NCBI GenBank assembly: GCA_040752415.1
Contig: JBFMGU010000340.1
Location: forward strand, 1 to 10,018
Length of the DNA: 10,018 bases
Source: Myxococcota bacterium
GTDB lineage: Bacteria > Myxococcota > JACRCW01
Direction of reading: 5' to 3'
Part shown: piece by piece, positions 5,208 to 10,018 of the stretch
Position numbering within the stretch: the first letter of the stretch is position 1
Layout: every line of letters starts with the position of its first letter
Notes under the pieces: model-generated
What the model was told of the DNA's origin: nothing
The model's database searches: none
Seen by the model: the letters and a program-made list of their open reading frames with translations, nothing else
Made by a program: the position numbers and the translations under genes

Positions 5208-8200
5208 ACCGGCTGCGCGCGCTGCTTGGCGTCGTCACAACCTGTGGGTGTCTGTACCTTCCCAGCGAGCAATACGCCTGCAAGACGGACGCGGACTGCG
5301 CCCCGGTGGGCGGCGCCTGCGACCTGGCCAGCGAGACCTGCGTGGTGGGCCAGGTGACGGACGCCGACGGCGGCTTGCCCGCGGGCAGCACGTCCTCGTC
5401 CAGCAGCAGCGGCGGCAGCACCAGCAGCGGTGGCACCACGTCAACCAGCTCGGGGGCTCCGGGCAGCACCTCGTCGTCGGGGCAACCCGGGAGCAGCACC
5501 TCCTCGTCGGGGAGCGCCACCTCCACGGGTGGGACGTCCTCGTCGTCGGGTGGGACGTCCTCGTCGTCGGGAAGCGGCACCTCCAGCGCCTCGGGCGCCA
5601 CGTCCAGCTCCTCGGGCGCCACGTCCAGCAGCGGCACCTCCTCCAGCTCCAGCGGGAGCGCCAGCGCACCGCAGATGCTGGGCGAGACGGTGCAGATCGT
5701 CGAGGACACCGCGGTGGTGGTGGACGTGCTGGCCAATGACTACGACCCCGACGGCACTGCGCTCTCGTTGTTTGACGTGGTTCCCCTGGGCGCGCAGGAG
5801 GGCAGCGTGGTGGTGGTGGGGACGCTGCTGCGCGTGGTGCCCGCGCCCAATCGCACTGCACCGCTGACGGTGAGCTACACCGCGGTCGACGGCGAGGGAC
5901 TGCAGGGCAGCGCCACGTTGACCATCAACATCACCCCGGTGAACGACCCGCCCAGCCTCTCCGTCACCGTGAACCCGCCCGCGTCCGGCACGGTGGTCAC
6001 CGGTCAGCTCACCGCGGTGGACCCCGAGGGAGGCAGCGTCAGCTACGTGGTCGAGCAGAATCCCGCGGGGGGCTCCGTCGACATCAACGGCAACACCTTC
6101 ACGTACACGTCGAGCGGCATGGTGATGGGCAATGACCATTTCCTGGTCTACGCGCAGGACGGATTGAATGCGCGCTCGGAGTCGGTGCGCGTGGAGGTGG
6201 CACTCCCGGTGACGCTGGGCGGGGTGACCATCACCTGGCAGGGCGACTCCGGCAGCTCACCCCGGGCCTGGGAGAACGGCGACAACTGGGACCTGGGCCG
6301 CGTGCCCCTCACCGACGACCGCGTGCTCATCCCCGCCAACGCGTCCATCCCGCAGCTCGGCGCCGCCACCACCGTCAGCGCGATCCTGGTCGAGGACGGC
6401 GGCAGCCTGGAGGTCAACGCGGACCTGACGGTCTCGGGCGAGGCCTACGCACCCGGCGGCATCACCGGCACGGGGCGCGTGGTGCTCAACAATGATTCGC
6501 CGCTGCTGGGCACCTTCCCGGCGCTGCGCATCAGCGGCATCGCCAGGGTGGTGGGTAGCGCCACCGTCGCGCGCGACGTCACCGTGACCACCGGCAGCGC
6601 CGTGCTGGACGTGGACGCGGGGCACCTGCTGGTTGGCGGCGACTTCTCGGTGACCAATAGCGGCCTGCTGCGCATGAAGAAGCGCACGGGGTGGCTGGAG
6701 ATCGGCGGGAATGCGAGCTTTGGGGGCGCGGACACCCGCAACGAGCTCACCGCCGGCGTGCTGGAGCTGCGCGGCGACCTGTCCGTCAGCAGCTACTACC
6801 ACCTCACCGCCAGCGGCTCACACTTCGTCATCTTCTCCAACCGCAACCAGACCATCCAATCCGTCACCATTGGCAATCCCGAGTCCAACGCGCTGCAACA
6901 CGTGCGCGTGGCCAACGACGCGGGCATCAACCTGGCGACCACGCTGCTGGCGTCCGGAGACTTCAGCGTGGAGACACCCGTGGTGGTGGACGGCTGGGAC
7001 GCCGGCCTGGTGGTGGACGGCAACATCCGCACCGCACGAGGCAGCACGCTGCGGGTGCGCGTCGTGGAGCTGTATGGCGCGGTCTCCACGTCGGGGATGG
7101 TGGGCGTGTTGGACACGGAGACGCTGCGGTTGCAGAACACGTCCGTTGTCTCTCCCGGCCAGGTCTACACAACGGTGGAACCGCACGACGACACCACTGT
7201 TGCGGACGGCGCGGTGATGGACAACCTGGACATCCGAGGTGGCGTGACCTCATTCCCGGGGCGGGCCACCATCCGCGGAGACTTCTCCACGCAAGGCAAT
7301 GGCAGCGGCTTCGCCCAGCAGGATGCCAACAGCTACGTCCTGGTGCTGGGTGATGCCTCCCTGCGCGGGTCCACCAGCCCCACCACGTTGAACGCCGGGA
7401 CGTTGGAGGTGCACGGCAACATCACCGTGGAGCAGAGCGGCATTGCTGCCTCCGGCACGCACCAGACGTGGCTCAACGGAGACGTGATGCAGGCGGTCGA
7501 CTGGGCCAGCTACCCAGAGCTCGGTCACCTCAACAACGTGCTCATCACCAACCCCGCCGGCGTGAACTTTGCCAGCACCGTCTACATCGACGGGACGCTG
7601 GAGGTTCCCTATGCGTGCCCGCTCACGGGCGCCAACGGCAAGAACGTCACGGTGCGGAAGGACATCACCACCGCCGACGGGACGGAGATGGGCATGGCCA
7701 CGCTCTACGTGGGTGGCGGCGCGGGGACCACGCTGATGGGCACGACCACCGTCATGCCGTTGGTGCTGGTGCTCTCCGGCGACGCCCAGGCGCTGAACAC
7801 GCAGCTCACCTACCGGACCCTGCGCATCATCGGCGCCGACGCCGTGCTGCCGGAGGGCTTGCAGATGACGGGGGATCTCATCGTGAACTCAGGCGGGACG
7901 GCGGACCTGACGGGGAACGTGGACGTGCCGGGCAACGTTACGGTGGATGGCTCCGGGTCCCGGCTGCGCGTCAACGACCACAGCCTTCGCACCACAGACC
8001 TGACCGTGAGCAACAACGCGGCGCTGGTCATGGACGCCGGCAACCCCCAGGTGCTGGTGCGCGGGAACGTGACCTGGCTGAGCAACTCCGAGGGCACGTT
8101 GCGCGCCGGCGTGCTGGAGGTGCGCGGCAATTTCTCGTCGGGGAACTACAACTTCCGCGCCAGCAGCGCGCACACGGTGAAGTTCAGCGGAGGCAACCAG

Positions 8201-8461
8201 AGCGTGGACATGCAGCCCAGCACCCACTTCTGGGACGTGGTGGTGGAGGGGGGCGCGGTGACGCTGACCACGGCCGTCACCGTCTCAAACACGGTCACCA
8301 TCGGGCCGGGGTCCCTCACCGTCAACGCCGGCAACACGCTGACGGTGTCGGGCGGCCTCACCGTGGAGTCGGATGGGACCTTCACGGTCAACGGCAACTT
8401 CCAGGGAACCTGCACGGCCGCCGCGGGGGCGACCACCAACGCCGACTGCGCCTCACCGTGA
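5204..8461 (+). CDS. Large surface/adhesin-like protein (1085 aa): probable lipoprotein signal, Cys-rich module, Ser/Gly/Thr linker, two cadherin/Ig-like domains, repeated beta-rich region
   Basis: ATG 5204 overlaps the upstream stop (ATGA). The N-terminus is MNRLRALLGVVTTCGC, followed by CKTDADC..C..C and a long S/G/T linker. Cadherin-like signatures are EDTAVVVDVLANDYDPDG and TINITPVNDPP. A TITWQG..WENGDNW..GRVP..DD.VLIP motif and three copies of AG(V/T)LE(L/V).G(D/N) follow. Confidence 0.88.
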   Translation: MNRLRALLGVVTTCGCLYLPSEQYACKTDADCAPVGGACDLASETCVVGQVTDADGGLPAGSTSSSSSSGGSTSSGGTTSTSSGAPGSTSSSGQPGSSTSSSGSATSTGGTSSSSGGTSSSSGSGTSSASGATSSSSGATSSSGTSSSSSGSASAPQMLGETVQIVEDTAVVVDVLANDYDPDGTALSLFDVVPLGAQEGSVVVVGTLLRVVPAPNRTAPLTVSYTAVDGEGLQGSATLTINITPVNDPPSLSVTVNPPASGTVVTGQLTAVDPEGGSVSYVVEQNPAGGSVDINGNTFTYTSSGMVMGNDHFLVYAQDGLNARSESVRVEVALPVTLGGVTITWQGDSGSSPRAWENGDNWDLGRVPLTDDRVLIPANASIPQLGAATTVSAILVEDGGSLEVNADLTVSGEAYAPGGITGTGRVVLNNDSPLLGTFPALRISGIARVVGSATVARDVTVTTGSAVLDVDAGHLLVGGDFSVTNSGLLRMKKRTGWLEIGGNASFGGADTRNELTAGVLELRGDLSVSSYYHLTASGSHFVIFSNRNQTIQSVTIGNPESNALQHVRVANDAGINLATTLLASGDFSVETPVVVDGWDAGLVVDGNIRTARGSTLRVRVVELYGAVSTSGMVGVLDTETLRLQNTSVVSPGQVYTTVEPHDDTTVADGAVMDNLDIRGGVTSFPGRATIRGDFSTQGNGSGFAQQDANSYVLVLGDASLRGSTSPTTLNAGTLEVHGNITVEQSGIAASGTHQTWLNGDVMQAVDWASYPELGHLNNVLITNPAGVNFASTVYIDGTLEVPYACPLTGANGKNVTVRKDITTADGTEMGMATLYVGGGAGTTLMGTTTVMPLVLVLSGDAQALNTQLTYRTLRIIGADAVLPEGLQMTGDLIVNSGGTADLTGNVDVPGNVTVDGSGSRLRVNDHSLRTTDLTVSNNAALVMDAGNPQVLVRGNVTWLSNSEGTLRAGVLEVRGNFSSGNYNFRASSAHTVKFSGGNQSVDMQPSTHFWDVVVEGGAVTLTTAVTVSNTVTIGPGSLTVNAGNTLTVSGGLTVESDGTFTVNGNFQGTCTAAAGATTNADCASP
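5526..5629 (+). repeat. Two in-frame 21-bp tandem duplications in the Ser/Gly linker
   Basis: CGGGTGGGACGTCCTCGTCGT occurs twice (5526-5567) and CCTCGGGCGCCACGTCCAGC(T) occurs twice (5589-5629). They encode GGTSSSS and SGATSSS units. Confidence 0.85.
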
Positions 8462-8941
8462 TCACGGCTGGCTGTCGTCGTCACCACCGGTGTCACCCGG
8501 GCACGCGAACTCGCGCATCCTCTGGCGGGAGCTCTCCGCGAGCATCTGGCGCTGCTCCGGCGTGAGGATGTCGCGCAGCTGGAAGAACGCCTTGGTCATG
8601 CGCTGCGCAATCACCGCGCGCTCACCGCTCAGCTCCGCCGCGATCACGTGCGCGCCGCCCTGGTCCGGATTGTCCATGAGCCACATGTCCAGCAGCGTGT
8701 CATGCGCAGCCAGGCGCTTCTCGCGCAGGTTGCGCACGTCCTGGAACAGCGGCTCGAACAGTTGACGAATCTGCGCCTGCTGCTCCGGGGTGGCCTGGAT
8801 CTCGTCGTAGAGCTTCTGCAGGTGCTCGCTGGGGTCCAGACACTGCTGCGCACCCTCCCCGGCCTGGCTGCGCGCCGCCTGCACACCACCCAGCATCAAC
8901 GTCGCTGCCGCCAACGCACCCCAACACCAACGCATCTTCAT
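8462..8941 (-). CDS. Spy/CpxP-family (LTXXQ motif) periplasmic helical protein, 159 aa
   Basis: ATG at 8941 is preceded by GGGAGGAA. Signal peptide MKMRWCWGALAAATLMLGGVQAARSQA. Two LTxxQ-type motifs (IQATPEQQAQI, ILTPEQRQML) flank a charged helical region. Confidence 0.85.
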   Translation of the reverse strand: MKMRWCWGALAAATLMLGGVQAARSQAGEGAQQCLDPSEHLQKLYDEIQATPEQQAQIRQLFEPLFQDVRNLREKRLAAHDTLLDMWLMDNPDQGGAHVIAAELSGERAVIAQRMTKAFFQLRDILTPEQRQMLAESSRQRMREFACPGDTGGDDDSQP

Positions 8942-9126
8942 GACATTCCTCCCACGCAGGCGCCGTGGCATGGCGCGCGTCACGTCGAGAACGACGCCAC
9001 GGACGCGAGTGCTCACCGCCCGGGGCGCAACTGCGTCAGGAGATAGCCGCGGGAGGTCACCGTGACCGGCTGGAGCATGCGCGGCCTCGACGGCACAGTG
9101 TCACGCGCGGGACGACGGCGGGAGGC

Positions 9127-10018
9127 TCAGGGCGAGGTGGGCGCGAGCGGGGAGTTGGCGGCGCCGTAGAGGATCAGCGGGTCGTAGTCGATGCGGGAGG
9201 TTCCCGCGCCGGTGGTGGCGTCGATGGTCATGAGGACGCCGTCGGAGTTGAAGCCGTAGAAGGTGCCACCCCAGTACGCCAGGCCCCAGACATTGGGGAG
9301 CCCGATGCCGGTCCCGATGGTGGTGGCGGCGGCGGTGCTGGGGTCGATCTGGGCGAGGAACTGGGTGCCGTTGGTGTCCTTGACCGTGGCAAAGAAGCCC
9401 ACGCCGTCCACCGCCACGATGTCCCCGCTGCTCTTCAGCGACGAGCCGAACCCGCCGACGAACGTGGTGGACCCGTCCGCGGTGTCCAGGATGTCCAGGA
9501 AGCTCTGGCTATACTCCGCGATGCTGTCGACGGCGACGAGGACCTCCTCCGGCCCGAACATGCCCGCGGGCGCGAAGGTGAGTCCGTTGTAGTAGTAGTT
9601 GAGCTCCGCGATCTTGCGCGCCGCCGCCACGCCGAAGGACGGGTCGGTGGGGTAGGCAATGACGTAGAGGAAGTGCGGCCCGGACTCTCCCTGGGTGGAA
9701 TCCCAGCTCACGCCGTACATCTCGCCGGCGCTGTTGATGGCAATGTCCACCATCTCCTGGTTCTGGAGCGGCGTGGTTCCGTCGGTGTCGTAGAAGGTGA
9801 TGTTCCACGCCGCCACGAGCGTCACGGTGGCCGGGTCCATGACGTACATGACAGAGGGACTGTGCGCCCACACCAGCGGGTTGAGCCCGCCCGACGACGA
9901 GGTGGACGAGGACGAGCTCGAGGACGAAGACGAGCTGGAGGACGACGACGAGCTGGACGACGAAGACGAGCTCGAGGACGAGCTGGAGGACGACGAAGAG
10001 GAGGACGAGCTGGACGAC
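9127..10018 (-). CDS. 5'-truncated, probably secreted protein: poly-serine linker followed by a probable beta-propeller domain
   Basis: The frame of ORF 9127..9873 stays open to the window edge and reads S38-T-SSS-GGLNPLVWAHSPS. The domain has blade-like repeats (MVDIAINSAGEMYGV, YNGLTF, SSGDIVAV, VWGLAYWGGTFYGF, IDATTGAGT). The start codon lies outside the window. Confidence 0.85.
   Translation of the reverse strand, partial: SSSSSSSSSSSSSSSSSSSSSSSSSSSSSSSSSSSSSSTSSSGGLNPLVWAHSPSVMYVMDPATVTLVAAWNITFYDTDGTTPLQNQEMVDIAINSAGEMYGVSWDSTQGESGPHFLYVIAYPTDPSFGVAAARKIAELNYYYNGLTFAPAGMFGPEEVLVAVDSIAEYSQSFLDILDTADGSTTFVGGFGSSLKSSGDIVAVDGVGFFATVKDTNGTQFLAQIDPSTAAATTIGTGIGLPNVWGLAYWGGTFYGFNSDGVLMTIDATTGAGTSRIDYDPLILYGAANSPLAPTSP
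9892..10017 (-). repeat. Poly-serine coding low-complexity tract
   Basis: On the minus strand 9904-10017 is 38 consecutive Ser codons (mix of TCG, TCC, AGC, TCT), followed by Thr and three more Ser. Confidence 0.92.

Noticed and set aside
9892..10018. Asp/Glu-rich acidic protein on the plus strand, or a CRISPR/satellite array
   Set aside because: It is the reverse complement of the poly-Ser codons in the open minus-strand gene and has no repeat-spacer structure.

Overview
High-GC bacterial window that looks Myxococcota/deltaproteobacterial (inferred from many lipoproteins with Ser/Gly linkers and Cys-rich N-termini). It holds eight credible genes: a rhodanese-domain lipoprotein (468-917 +), a class I/II PLP aminotransferase (1080-2255 +), a Ser/Gly-linker lipoprotein (2275-3702 -), a GcvR-like double-ACT protein (3749-4270 -), an exported/membrane protein (4392-5207 +) coupled by an ATGA overlap to a 1085-aa adhesin-like surface protein (5204-8461 +), a Spy/CpxP-family protein (8462-8941 -), and the 3' part of a poly-Ser-linker protein with a probable beta-propeller (9127->10018 -). 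The main result is hidden by the ORF track. The rhodanese gene appears to read through the TGA at 798-800: the frame continues for 38 codons that complete the fold, the TGA lies in a C-x4-U-x2-C cluster at the active-site loop, and a hairpin matching the bacterial SECIS model follows. It is most likely a lipid-anchored, exported selenoprotein. The non-coding 5' region carries a GTAG-type REP-like palindrome and further unexplained inverted and direct repeats.
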